From positions 80,600,001-80,664,000 of the forward strand of contig OX597815.1 of the NCBI GenBank assembly GCA_951406725.2: a stretch of 64,000 nt of DNA. Direction: 5' to 3'. Shown piece after piece: positions 44,471 through 58,342 of this stretch (positions are counted from its first letter, which is position 1; each line of letters opens with the position of its first letter). The notes beneath the pieces were generated by a model. It made no database searches. It had not been told where the DNA came from and saw only the letters and a program-made list of their open reading frames with translations. The position numbers were made by a program, and so were the translations under genes. Source of the DNA: Octopus vulgaris. Lineage: Eukaryota.

Positions 44471-45218
44471 ACTATGAATAACATCATAACATAGTATTAT
44501 ATTCTCTCTAGAGTGGATAGCCACACGGATAAAATAAAAAAAACTTATTGTATGAGACTTATCTTTTACTCTTTCCCAGATTCAACAATTCTATTCGTTC
44601 AAAGAAAACTTCTAGCTCGTAATGTATGCAGATATTGCAAACAAAATACTTCACTAATATTTTTAAAAACGAATACAGTATATCTATATCTATAACAGAT
44701 TTTCGTTTTTGAAATGATATAGTATGATATTTGGGTAAGGACTATCAGCTAGTTTTATCATATTGAGCGAACCTGTACTGATACTCGCGTTACTATTTGA
44801 GCTGGTAATTTCAAGGAAATTGAAAATTTAGTGAAGCAACACGACGACACTGATTCAATATGCAACGAATACTTTGAACATTCCTCACTTCGCAAAACTA
44901 TAACCAAAGGAGGGATAGGTTCAGATGAGTAAACCTGCTCTCGGTACCCTCCGTGTGAGAGTACCTTTGGTAGTGGCCGTCACGATCTATTCGTTCACAG
45001 TAGATGGGCAATATGTAGGCATTTGACAAGGATAGGCATTGTTGAACGAACTTGATCTCGCCACACAACAATACAAAACGAAACTTTCAATGGAAAACAT
45101 TATTGAACATAAACTGTTAACTTATATATTGCGTATGCATGTATGCATTTGCACGGGGGCGTGCTATCTGGAAATAAAAGAGAATCGTTGAGTGAGGCAT
45201 AGATACCAATATGTTTGT

Positions 45219-45265
<47 letters not shown>

Positions 45266-45372
45266 TAGTCAGTAACAGAACAAAAATGAATAAAATGCTT
45301 AGTTGTTCGAAAACTGCAACAACTGATGGTAATAACAATGGCAAACAGTTGCAACAAAGCAGCAATAAAAAA

Positions 45373-45438
<66 letters not shown>

Positions 45439-45493
45439 CAGCAGCAGCAGCAGCTGCAGATTGTAGTAGAGGTAGTAGTGATGAAAATAATAG

Positions 45494-45539
<46 letters not shown>

Positions 45540-46342
45540 CACACACAAACACACACACATACACAGAAATACATACATAAGCATGCGTACAAACACGCAT
45601 ACACAAATACGCACTTACAAACATACATGCACACACACAAAGAACAGGAGGTAGAATAGTAGCAACAATAAAACCGCACCAGTAACAACAACAACAACAA
45701 AAGCAACAACAACAACAGCAGCAGCATCTGCAGAAGTAGTAGCAGTAGCAAAGAAAAAAAATGCAACAACAACAATGCGATTAAACAAAAAACAAAAAGA
45801 TAAAGAAAGAAAGAAAACAAACAATAATAGCAATAAAATAACAAGTATAAAATGGCTGGAATGTAAACTAAACATGAAGATATTTTTTATACGACTTGAA
45901 AAACCAGTTATACACTTCACAATCAAATATACGCATGTGTACGTCTACACAAAGCCATACAGAAAACACATAGAGAAAACAAACAGAAGGTAACCAAACA
46001 CACACACACACACACACTCACGCATACATACATGTACACATTTGTAATTGTGTAGATATGTGTGTGTGCGTGTGCATGTGTATGTATGTGTGCGTGCGTG
46101 CGTGTTAGTTCTATAATATATGTGAATAAGTCTTTTTTTCTCTCCCCTCCCTCTCCCTTTGTCTTTCAATCCCTCTCTTCCTCCCCTTTCTCTTTCTCTC
46201 CCTCTCCCTCTCCCTCTCTCAGTTTTGCTTCCCTTTCACTTTATCTATCTATCTATCTAGCTATCTGTCTGTCTGTCTCTGTGTTTCTATATATCTACGT
46301 ACGTACGTACGCACCTACCTACCAATCAACCTATCTATCAAA

Positions 46343-46392
<50 letters not shown>

Positions 46393-47849
46393 GTCGGTCT
46401 GTCTGTCTGTCTGTCTATCTATCGACCTTTTCATCTATCTATCTATCAATCAGTCAATCAATCAATCAATCTATCTATCTATCTATTTATCAATATATCT
46501 ATCTATCAATAATCTATCTCACTCTCTTTCATTGCTTATACATGTGTGAATGTGCATGTGTTTATGTGTGTGTATGTGTGTTTATATGTATATATGTATG
46601 TATGTGTGTGTGTATGTGTGTGTGTGTGCGCGCGGAATGACAGAAATATAATGAGAATAACAGTTACAATGCAAGTGAGTATATTTTTTTTTAAACTTCA
46701 TATATATATCTATCTAGCATTTTTTCGTTGTTGTCATATCATTACTTTAGCAACTGCTGCTGTTAATAATAATTACAACGACGTCAGCAACGACGATCAT
46801 GATGATGATGATGATGAAGCTGTTTTCAATTTTGTCGACTCTGAACAATGTGCTTTGCAATATGGCTGTAACGTTGAAGACAGTCCGCCATTGTCAGCGT
46901 AATTATAACCGTGTCGCATTGATTCTGTCCCCTTATTGATGTCTGACTCTTTATAATTGTTATGCTTGTTAACCTGTTTATTGTTATCATAGGTAGTAGT
47001 TGTGATAGCGGTGGTGGTGGTGGTGGTGGTGGTGGTGGTGGTAGTAGTGGCGCTGTCGGTGCTGTTAAGGTAGGTGTAGCAATTTTGTCATGGCTGGCTG
47101 TCGCTGTTGCAATTGATGCTGTTGATAGTGTTTGTTGTTGCCGATAGTGTTATTGTTGCAATTGGTAAAGGAATTATCTTTCATAGTGCTGTTGCTATTT
47201 TTTGGCATTTAATTGTTGTTTGACCCTAGGTCAGCTCTGTTAGAGAAGGAGTATGATCGAAAGCAACCCAACCGTGACAATCTTCCTTTATATTTTTTAT
47301 AATGTGTCGAGAACCCAAAAACACATTATGAATACGACCTGCCAATTCTAGCAGTTTGAGGAGCTTCTTCAGAATGCTATTGCTACAGTGCTCTTTTTGC
47401 TGTTGTCAATATTTATTTCATTAACTTTGATGAAACAGGCATATGATCTGAAATATTCCCATGTTATTACTAAGTATAGGGACAACGCGTTGTTTGCTAA
47501 GGCGGTAAAATAAGTCGGAGATCTGGCCGCTATATTTGGTAGGTCGAGCGATCACGTCGAGGCTCTCTTTTGTGTTCAAGTATTGTTATGGTTGCTGTTG
47601 TTGTTGGGCTTGTTGCTGCTGTTGTTTGGTAGGTGATGGAAGCTACACAAAATGCATGTGAAGTTCAAATCTCACCAAGGCCTATGCGTCCTTTCGTAGT
47701 TGAAACAAAATATGTAACACTGAAATACACAGATCGATGTAATACATTGCCTCCTCTCCCTCCTTCTCCCCCACCCCAATCCCGCTCGATATCTAACTAA
47801 ATGTATGACTGAGCTATATTTGCAATAATTATTATTGTTACATTGGTGG

Positions 47850-48070
47850 AAGTCGGCGAGCTAGCAGAATCGTTTGCACGCCGGGAAAAATGCTTAGCGG
47901 CATTTCGTCCGTCTTTACGTTCTAAGTTCAAATGCTTCAGTGATAAACATCACATTTCATCCTTTGAAGGTTGATGAGATAAGTACGAGTTGAGCATTGG
48001 GGTTGGTGTAATCGACTTATCCCCTCACCCGAAATTGCTAGCCTTGTGCCAAAATTCGAAACAATTATTG
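47850..48070 (+). mobile_element. Nin-like SINE
   Basis: ggcgagctagcagaatcg..aaatgcttagcggcatttcgtccgtctttacgttctaagttcaaat..tttcatcctttgaaggttgatgagataagtac. Confidence 0.75.
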
Positions 48071-48788
48071 TTGAAAATATTGCATTCGACTGACGATGTT
48101 GTTGTTAAACTCCAAGTCACTCCCTCTCAAGCAGACCTTTGATCAAACGCATTCCATCCATGACCATCCTAATATTTGTAGGCACATCTTGGCTTCTGTT
48201 AACTCATATCATCCTTATTTAATGATATGGTATGATTTAAGGAATATTTAGCTGTTATTTCTAGCATTCTTAGTGACCGTATAAAGATCACCTTACTAGT
48301 TCATAACAGAAAGCATTGTTGGTGTTGCATGTTGCTAATTCAATAGTTTGGTTTGTTACAACTCTTCTTAGTTCAAATACCGAGGAAATAAACTTCGCCT
48401 GCCATTTTTCTTGGGTCGATAAAATAAAGTGTCAGTACCTATATTAGAAATGGTTACTGTTATTATTATTTCTACTTGTTATTACTAATGTAGATCTAGA
48501 ATAGCATCTGTCAACGCTCGCTTCGGAAAGAATATTTACAAACGATGCTTTTGTATATATTGACACTTGAACCATTGGGAAAGAAACGAATGCAATACAG
48601 AGTATCTTGCTTGATACAGTACAAATCAGAGCTGTATCTACCTGTGCAAATACCCCTTACATCAAGCTGATGCATATTAAACAGAAATGATGAGTTGTGA
48701 GAAAATAAGGAAAGAAAAAAAGTAGATAAACTAGAATGAAACTAATGGTTTGCTTCTCTGTTATTTGAGAAGACAACTATTCCAAAAT

Positions 48789-49174
48789 GTGGAGGCGCAA
48801 TGGCCCAGTGGTTAGGGCAGCGGACTCGCGGTCGTAGGATCGCAGTTTCGATTCCCAGACCGGGCGTTGTGAGTGTTCATTGAGCGAAAACACCTAAAGC
48901 TCCACGAGGCTCCGGCAGGGATGGTGGTGATCCCTGCTGTACTCTTTTACCACAACTTTCTCTCACCCTTACTTCCTGTTTCTGTTGTACCTGTATTTCA
49001 AAGGGCTGGCTTTATCACTCTCTGTGTCACGCTGAATATCCCCGAGAACTACGTTAAGGGTACACGTGTCTGTGGAGTGCTCAGTCACTTACACGTTAAT
49101 TTCACGAGCAGGCTGTTCCGTTGATCGGATCAACCGGAACCCTCGTCGTCGTAACCGACGGAGTGCTTCCATCC
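48789..49174 (+). mobile_element. tRNA-derived SINE, R-type head with tail A, 10-bp TSD
   Basis: Full length; TSD ATTCCAAAAT at 48779-48788 and 49175-49184. Confidence 0.95.
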
Positions 49175-50009
49175 ATTCCAAAATATTTGGTACTGAATCT
49201 ATGGCAAGTTGTTTGAGATTTCATTCAGTCTCTTTGAAATTTATCATGTGCAAAAAGAACCAGTGTTATTTAGAATTATTAATACTCAGTATTAAAACGT
49301 TCAAACAATCTGACTAATATAGGTACCACGCCTTTTTATCGAATCGATTTTGATCGGAACGGCTTTGCATTGAAATGACTTCTCATATGATACTTTCGCA
49401 ATTATATTATCTTGTACAATGATTTCACTGTTAACCCAACCCTAATCCTCGAAGGTATGTTTGTATCGCTTCCGTACATGGCGGCCGTGCTCTACCCTGA
49501 AATATCTCTAAACAAACTGGAATGCCTTCTCTTCTGATTTTAATAGACCCATGCATCAAAACATTCACCTGAAAGCACTTGACAGGAATTGGGGAGTGCA
49601 TTCGTTTTAATGCACACGCATTCACTTAATCTAGATATTTTCCGAAGAAAATACAATAAGGTATTCTTTCGTTGAAAATGGTTTCAATCAGCTTGAATTT
49701 TTGATAGAGTCATATTCTTTGATCAGACTTTGATTATGGGCACCTCACCTGGGATTTAGCAATCAGGTGCTCAAAGCACACCATCACCAACTTAATGCAA
49801 CTTCAGAACAGGAATGTCGAGGTTTTGGAACTCGTCTGTAGAAATTCCAGTCTGAATAATTTGGATAAATTTTAACAACATTTGGTTTGATACTGCTTCC
49901 TACTTATAGCACCAACGTGCGTTGCGAATGAAATCGTGATTATTAAGGTATCTTACGTGGTTATCCACTTTAAAGGGAATATAATATTATATTATAATAT
50001 CATTTATAG

Positions 50010-50170
50010 TGTTATTATTAAAATTATTGCATTCTAAGGATGCTATCTTGAGGTTTCGTAACAAGTCTCCTCATGCCTCAAGAATCTTCCTCAGGATTCT
50101 TGCAGAATACAGGATTGCTCTTTTCTTCAGGTCGACACTGTAGGTTTGAGTTCTCAGTTGCTGTTGTGTT
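50010..50170 (-). mobile_element. R4-like LINE 3' terminus (copy of 44300-44470)
   Basis: Minus strand LKKRAILYSARILRKILEA*. Confidence 0.65.
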
Positions 50171-50214
50171 GTTGTTGCTGTCGTTATTATCATCATCAGT
50201 ATTATTATTATTAT

Positions 50215-50425
50215 AACGATTCGTTAGCACACAGGACAAAATGCTTGTGGCATTTAGTCCGTCTTTACATTTTAAATTTAAGTTCCACCAAGGTTTAACT
50301 TTGCTTTAACCCTTTCAAGGCTGATGGAAAAAGTACCAGCTGTGCACTGGGATCGATGTAATCTACTAACCTGATCCTCCAGAATTCCGGGTCTTTTGAT
50401 TATGGGGGAAGGATTACTATCATTA
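50215..50425 (+). mobile_element. Older Nin-like SINE
   Basis: aaatgcttgtggcatttagtccgtctttac..ctttgctttaaccctttcaaggctgatggaaaaagtaccag. Confidence 0.6.
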
Positions 50426-51245
50426 TTGCTATTTACATAATCAGATTTTGCATTAAATATTTTTCGCTTGAGGCAACTTTCATTTCATTTATTTTTTCAC
50501 TTTGTGACATTTTTCCCCTTGTGGCAAATAACTCTCCCTTATGCACAACATGATGAATTTGATGTCGAATGTAGTGGTGGGCAAAGTGATTTTGTGATTT
50601 TCATAATTTTCTGGGAAGCTTTAGCAACAGGAAAACAAAGTGAAATGAACTGATTCCAACTGTGAATCGAAGTCTAACGCATTAAACAAATTCTGTTTTA
50701 ATGTTTATATCCCATTGTCATTTTTCTTTCATTATTATGGCAAACATAAAGTAAGAATTAAGAATTAAGTGCCTTGTTCAATTTCATAACGGCAACGCCT
50801 CCTTGCTGCTGTGTAATTCCATTTAATGAACCTAGTTCAAATATTCTGCCTCTCGATTTGATCATTGCAACTCTCAACTCGAAACGGCAATAGTATAGAT
50901 GAATCGATGCAATACAATATTCACTTTGTGAATAGGTTCTGTTTATGAAAGCGTAATGGATTGATGGCTGTTATTTAATGCGGTTGTTTATTGGAAATCA
51001 TATTTATATAATTCATATTCATTGAATTGTTGGCGAAGATTTAGTATAGATATTACTTATTAATTATAAATGAGCACACACAGTGTGTATCAGTATATGA
51101 TTTACGTGCGCTTACATTTGTCAATATATACGTATCGTTGTTTGTGTGGGTGTATAAGTATAAGCAGACTGGAGACTGAGAAATTGTATCATAAAGCGTG
51201 TGGATTTTATGTGCATACATACAAACATACGCGTATAATCTATGA

Positions 51246-51287
<42 letters not shown>

Positions 51288-51341
51288 GAGTGTGTGTGTG
51301 TAGATATATAGATATGTACATAAATGCATAAATATATATAT

Positions 51342-51428
<87 letters not shown>

Positions 51429-51644
51429 TGCATACATACATGTACATTTCCCTAAGTCTGTGTGAATCTGTACATATGTGTATATGTGCTTACTCGTATA
51501 CTTCTTTGTGTTTATACGTATGTGTATAGTAAATATGATTTCGATGCCATACCAAACAAATATAAGGGAAATATTTCTTCATGCAAAGCTCTAACACAGT
51601 GCTCAATAAAAGCAAATGAATTTAGGATAAGCGAGATAACTTAT

Positions 51645-51701
<57 letters not shown>

Positions 51702-51978
51702 ATGATGATAGTGATAATAATGGATCCAAATTTTGGCACAAGCCCAGCATTTTCGGAGGAGAGGGCAAGTAGATGACATCACTCGAAGTGTATGTCTTTG
51801 ATGTAGGCGAAAAGACACGTTATAATATATAAAAAAAAAGCTTTACATATATAATATTGTGACGAAACTATATTATTATAACCACATGTCAGGTGTCGAA
51901 GTGAGCAACTGGAGACGAAATTAGAAAATTGCCATTTTCAAATCTCACAGCGTGAGGTATTCAGCAACAGTACTTTGT

Positions 51979-52175
51979 AGTAAAGATTTTTTGCCAGCAT
52001 AACATGGCAGCCCTGGTTTAGGACTAATGTTGCTGTAGTTTAGCCCATGGATACATTGTCTCCAGCTGGCTATACGACACGAACTGTGTCCTTATATTTT
52101 CGAACTGGGGCTATATTACAGCAACATTAGTCCTAAACAAGGATTGCTATGTTATGTTGGGAAACAATCTTTACT
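51979..52175. mobile_element. Fold-back/MITE-like element with ~68-bp imperfect inverted arms
   Basis: Arms 51979-52046 and 52108-52175; 22-bp perfect core GTTTAGGACTAATGTTGCTGTA / TACAGCAACATTAGTCCTAAAC. Confidence 0.75.
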
Positions 52176-52317
52176 GAAGACGAAGTGTTTTGCTGAAAAA
52201 CACAACGCATCAACTGGTCCATACATACCTACATACATACATACATACATATATACATACATACATACATACATACATACATACATACATACATACATAC
52301 ATACATACATACATACA

Positions 52318-54335
52318 TTATTATGGCTGCCCCCTCGTTATCGAGTATGGCCATTGCACGAAGCTTAACTGTTACTGGTGCTGTGATCGAATGTGACTTT
52401 TTAGCCCAGCTAAAGATCTACAATGTCTTGTACAGAATTGGCAACTAAAACTTATACCGGTTATAGCGGGCCGTAGTTGTAACTGGGCTTCATGTAACTT
52501 TGCATGTCGCTTAAGTCCTCCTGCCGAATTACACTCTCTTCCACATGCCCGACAGATATGATTAGTATGGTGTATTACACCACCACCAGTGGCCAGGTTG
52601 TCATTCCTCTGTCTCGCTTTATGGCTACGAAGATGACTCTTGAGTCCAGCTAAACTGAGGCAAGGTCTTGCACAGACATTGCATGTCAGCATGAAAGGAA
52701 GACCCTTCCCTTCTGGAAGTGTAACAGCGATGCCCTTCCTGACATCCCTCCTTACTTTCTCATGTGCAACTCGAGATTTCTTAAAAGTGGCTGTCCCCTC
52801 ATGCACAATCCTTCTCCACCTGCTACGATCAATAGCTATGCCTTCCCATGTGTCAAGAGAGATGCAAGCATTTCTTAAGGAAGCCTTCAGCAAGCCCTTA
52901 TGCCTCTTTTTTGGTTTATGTGGAGGTCGTTCTCCTTTAGCTAACTCTCCATAAAAGAATTATTTTGGCATCCTTGAATCCTTCATTCTGACCAGATGAC
53001 CACTCCATCTGAGCCTTTGCTTTAACACATGAGCTTCTATACTTTCACACCGAGAGCCTTCCAATATTTCAAGATCACTGATGCACTCCTTCCACTTAAT
53101 GCCATAGATCCGTCTGAGGCACATCTGATGGAAACGTTCCAGTTGTTTAAGGTGGTATCGATATGTGACCCACGTCTCGCAGGCATAGAGAAGAGAAGGG
53201 AGCACACATGCCTTGTACACCTTTATCTTTGTCTTTCTGCATATGTCTTGCCGACTCCAGAGGCGCTTTTCTAGCCTTCCGAAAGCAACACTTGCTTTCC
53301 GAATTCTATATGGAATTTAATCATCCAAATTGCTATATCTATTAATAGTGCTTCCCAGGTAGACAAACTGATCAACTACAGCAAGTCGTTTACCATACAC
53401 ATAGATATTTGGTACACTATACTGCTTACCAAGGGCAGGTTGATGCATGACAACAGTTTTCTTGAGATTGACTGTCAATCCTAAGGCAATGCAAGCATCA
53501 GAGAATGCATTCAAAATGTGTTGCATATCAATCTCTGTGTGTGCTACTAGCTCACAATCATCTGCATACAAAAGGTCTCTTATGATAGAGGTAAATACCT
53601 TTGTTTTTGCAGCAAGGCGCCTGATATTAAATATGCTGCCAGAGGTTCGATAATGGACATAAACACCGTATCTGCAGTTTCTGAATGCAATACAGAATAC
53701 CATCGCAAAATATATGGAAAATAGGGTCGGTGCCAGAATATCCCCCTGTTTCACTCCATTTTATATTGAAATGGGCTCCGACATTTTCCCTCTAACATTC
53801 ACCCTACCATTCCTGTCTTCATGAAAAGACCTAACCAAAACAAGGAACTTTTCAGGACACCCAAGTTTCTGGAGGACTTTCCACAATGCTTTTCTATTGA
53901 CGGTATCAAAGGCTTTTGTCAGATCGACAAAAACCTGATACAAATCCAGACCCTGTTCCACACACTTCTCCTGAAGCTGTCTAGCTGAAAAGACCATATC
54001 AGCAGTGCCACGTCCCACACGAAAGCCAGATTGACTTTCTGGAAGAACACAATCTGCAATGTATTTCAGCAGACGATCCAGAAGTATCCTGCATAAAACC
54101 TTCTCCTATAATTACCACAATCATTCCTGTTGCCCTTTCCCTTATACAGGACCACCATTACAGCATCTCTCCAGTCCTCAGGTACAGATTCACTAGTCCA
54201 TATCTTACCAAACAAAGAGTGAAGTTTCTGCAGAAGTTTCTCACCACCATGCATGTATGCCATCCATACCCGGAGACTTCCCATTATTCAACCTTGAGAC
54301 AGCCATTGCAACTTCTTCCAGCTTTGGTGGTTCTG
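52318..54335 (-). mobile_element. 5'-truncated RTE-clade LINE with three C-terminal C2H2 zinc fingers
   Basis: GRGTADMVFSARQLQEKC, FVDLTKAFD, KQGDILAPTLF, LLYADDC, YLGST, RLRWSGHLVRM. ORFs 52372-54018 share one frame broken by three TAA stops, with a frameshift near 54100. Flanked by (CATA)n. Confidence 0.93.
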
Positions 54336-54445
54336 CATACATACATACTTACATACATATATACATACATACACACACACACACACACATACGCGCGCGC
54401 ACACACATACATATATATATATGTATCTATAACTAGATAGATATG

Positions 54446-54480
<35 letters not shown>

Positions 54481-54487
<7 letters not shown>

Positions 54488-54720
54488 TAATCCAAACAAG
54501 AAAACACAAAAAAACACAACAACGCGAGGACGTGGAACAAATATAGTATTATTGGACGCTCAGGAAAGAAGGAAAGAAGGAGGGTTTAACGTTTCGAGCG
54601 GAGCTCTTCGTCGGAAACATAGGAGAAGGAAAGATCCAGAGAAGGGAAGACAGAGGGGAAAAAATCGCCAACGGTACACACGAGGTCACATTTTGAAAGA
54701 CCGGAAGGAGAAAGGGTGAA
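54481..54720 (-). mobile_element. PLE pseudo-LTR carrying a variant minimal hammerhead
   Basis: Minus strand GTTT-CCGACGA-A-GAGC tcc GCTC-GAAAC-GTT-AAAC at 54584-54618. Confidence 0.65.
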
Positions 54721-55259
54721 GAAAGATGTTTTCAAAGACAGAAGAGTTTTCAAAGACAGAAGAGTAGAATGGTCAAAGAAAGCGGAATGTAGGAGGGGGA
54801 ATGTGTGTGTAAGTGTGGATGTGTGCGTGCGCGGAGTTCTGTGTGTGCGTGTGTGTGCGTGTGTGCGATGATGACACGTGTTTATGTGTGTGTGGTTGTG
54901 GCTGTAAACAACAGGCTAGTAGCTGGTTAGTTTGTAAGAATAAGGAGTGGTGTTTTTGTCTCTGCCACAGGTCAGTACAATGAAGTATGTGTGTGCGCGC
55001 GTGTATGTATATGTATCGTGTGTGTGTTTTGTTTGTAGTGTGCGTGTGTGTGTGTGTGTGTGTATGTGTGTGTTCGTGTGTGTATGCGTAGAGTTTGGGT
55101 GTGTGGCGAATAACTGTGCTTTACTTAGTGTATGTGTGTGTGTGCTTGTACGTGCGTATGTGTGTATATATAGGTATGTATAATTGTGTGCGTGTATGTA
55201 TAATTGTGTGCCGTGTGTATGGGATGTATGTGTGGATAGATAGATAAATACATAGAGAG

Positions 55260-55330
<71 letters not shown>

Positions 55331-56229
55331 AGTGCCGTCTTTGTGTGTGTTGGGGGGATGGTTTGTTGCTCAAAATGCAAGCCCAAATTTTAATTTCATA
55401 TGCATTTTAGAAAATTCTTTTAATATTTCTGAATGGTATACAATAGAAATAATGTTTCTTTCACAAATACAATACAGAAAATACAAGATACCTTACCTAA
55501 TCTAAATCTGTGCCTAGTCCCCAAGAGTAACCGAAACCTTAACCCCTAAACTGTAACCTCTATCGAAACGGATACTTAATCGGTCCGTCACCCGTTTAAC
55601 TCCATGTTATGGTCTTTCGTGCTTTTAATGGAATTCATGCTATTACCAGCATTCGAGCAAGGTTTCTGGCTTCAGGTTAATTTCACTCTTCCTTCCCACC
55701 AAATTCTGAGACCCTCAAAAGATAAACGGCTATGAACACTGTACTTTCTCTTTAGTATAAAATACTAAATATAGCTTAAGGGTATAATCTTGATCATTAA
55801 TGTACAACATATATGTATGTATTTGTGCATGTATGTATGTACATATACATTTTTTGGCATTGATCACCATCATATGAATAAATCACGAAATATTTTCTAC
55901 TGGCATAGGAACTGCCGATAAACGAAAATCGTATTCTACGGGCGGCAAACTTCTAGATCACGTGATTTCATCCTGCTCGGGCTCTGCGGCCATACGAAAT
56001 ACCCTTGCAGGGTAAGTAATGCAATACTCGATATTCTAGCCCAACATCCACGTTAAGTCGGATATAAATATTGCTTTGTAGTATTAATACCGCTTCCATC
56101 GTTATCATATGTGTGTATGTGTGTGTGTGTGTGTGTGTGCGTGTGTGTGTGTGTGTATGTGCATACACAAATATACACACATGTATAAACATATACATGC
56201 ATATATAAATGTATCAAGGATAAAAACAA

Positions 56230-56471
56230 GGATCAAAAGTCCCTTCCGAGCCTAAAGTTCACAATGCCTGTTCCTATGGCGTATACATCTCCGCATTAGA
56301 CAGGCCGCCGGTCTCTCGCAGGATGACTCAGTTATGCCAGCTGAGTGGGTTGGTGCAACGAGAAATGAAGTGATTTGCTCAATAACACAACGCATAACCC
56401 GGACCAGGAATCGAAACTACAATCTTGCGTTCATGATTCTAACAACTTTACCACTAAGCCACACGCCTTCA
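56230..56471 (-). mobile_element. Older tRNA-derived SINE (separate family)
   Basis: Minus strand: gtgaaggcgtgTGGCTTAGTGG..GTTTCGATTCC..gcgttgtgttattgagcaaatcactt. Confidence 0.7.
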
Positions 56472-57941
56472 CTTTACACACGTATATATATGTATATATG
56501 TATGTATATGCATACATATATGTATACAAGCACACACACAACACTCGCATATGTATGTAGGTATATATATATATATATATGTATATGTGTTTATGTATGA
56601 GTGTATGCATGAATGCTAGTGTATATGTGCATATGCGTGTGTGATAACACCTACAATCACCTAGTTTAAAGAATGAAAAGAAAGGCAAAATTTATAGTAA
56701 AAACACAATTGCGGAATTTAACGATAAGCAAGGTACTTGCACTCTCTTGCTTAACGTTAAATTTCACACTAAAATAATGCATGCAGGTATATTTTCTATC
56801 AAGAATCATAAGAATTGCATTTACTAAAATTATTGCCTTTGTCTTTTCTAGACATTTTGTTTAATTAGCAAATGTATCTGTACTATCTAAAATCTTGTGT
56901 ATTTTAAGCTATTTTAAACTTTCTAACTTTTATTTAAATATCACTATTATTTTAACAGCAAATTGTCGTTACTATTACTTGCTATTTAGGTTCTGGATTA
57001 AAATTCTTTCAAATTTGTTTTGCAACCATTCGTACACGAAGAAATCTTTCATTTAAGTTCTGTACTTGATTAAAACTACAGCATCCCAAAGCATCCCCAG
57101 AGTTTGCACTGTTTTCTTAAAAGATTATTTCAATGTTTAACTGAGCTAAATCATTTTATGTAATTTTATAAAAACGAAATATACACCACAATATCTCATT
57201 GCTGTCTTTAAAAATCCAATATTGTGATAGTACATGAAATACTTAAGTACATATGTTTATTTTATACATAATAAAGATTCCTTCAATTACCAATATAACA
57301 CCACTCTGTTAATAAGATATATAAAATTGGTCAAAAAAGGATAAAATTGGTCAAAAAGGATAAAAAGTTTACCTAAAGACAAACATTAAATGTAACACAC
57401 GCTTACAGCAAAACATAATCGGAAAATGTTGACTGAAGTAAAAGGAAAATAATATGAAAGAAAGTAAAATATAACAATTAGAAATGAAATCCTCTCTCCA
57501 CATTCTTGTGTAGAAGACTCTCAATGCAAAATAAATATGTACTTCTTCTCCTGATGTTGAGTCAACAAAGTTACAATGACACATATTTGTATATGAGGGG
57601 GAGAGTTTCTTGTTAATAACACTTAAAATTTAGGTGTTGTTCTTTATTATTTTTGTTTTGTTATTGTACAGCTCCAGGTCAGCCTAATACAACATACTGT
57701 GATGAAATATTTTCTAGCAGTAACTATCTCATTTTATTTTTAAGCTTAGTGCAACCACCACAGCATTATTTGAGGTCTAAATCTTTTTCAAGGCAGCGGG
57801 TTATGATTTGATAGAAAAATTTACAACTATTTCTGATAGGCCAAGCAACCACCTAGAAGCACATTCGTTAGGTCATGAATTCAGGTGTTGGTCCTACTGA
57901 AATCAGCCATATATATGTGTGGGAGAATTGATCAAATCAAC

Positions 57942-57988
<47 letters not shown>

Positions 57989-57997
57989 GTGTGCGTG

Positions 57998-58032
<35 letters not shown>

Positions 58033-58033
<1 letters not shown>

Positions 58034-58333
58034 GAGGCGCAATGGCCCAGTGGTTAGGGAAGCGGACTCGAGGTCGTAGGATCGCGGTTTCGATTCCTAG
58101 ACCGGGCTTTGTGAGTGTTTATTGAGCGAAACCACCTAGAGCTCCACGAAGCTCCAGTAGGGGGTGGTAGCGATCCCTGCTGTACTCTTTCGCCACAACT
58201 TTCTCTCACTCTTTCTTCCGTTGGCCTGCTCGCTTAGCCAGCGGGGTGGCGTCACTTGATAGCTAAAACAATGCGAAGCGCATTGTGACCAGCGATGTGT
58301 AGCAACATCTGATAGCCTGGTCGGTCACGTGAT
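58033..58333 (+). mobile_element. tRNA-derived SINE, R-type head with tail B
   Basis: A and B boxes; ends 'gcctggtcggtcacgtgat' into (AT)n. Confidence 0.92.
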
Positions 58334-58342
58334 ATATATATA

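Noticed and set aside
49430-49920. Possible helicase or transposase remnant, or host exon
   Set aside because: Only vague similarity, multiple stops and no diagnostic motif; needs BLASTx
52372-52893. Host C2H2 zinc-finger gene
   Set aside because: In frame with, and downstream of, the RTE reverse transcriptase; part of the LINE ORF
55490-55565. Very degenerate (CCCTAA)n-like tract
   Set aside because: Too decayed; no TIR or TSD found comparable to 3796-3942
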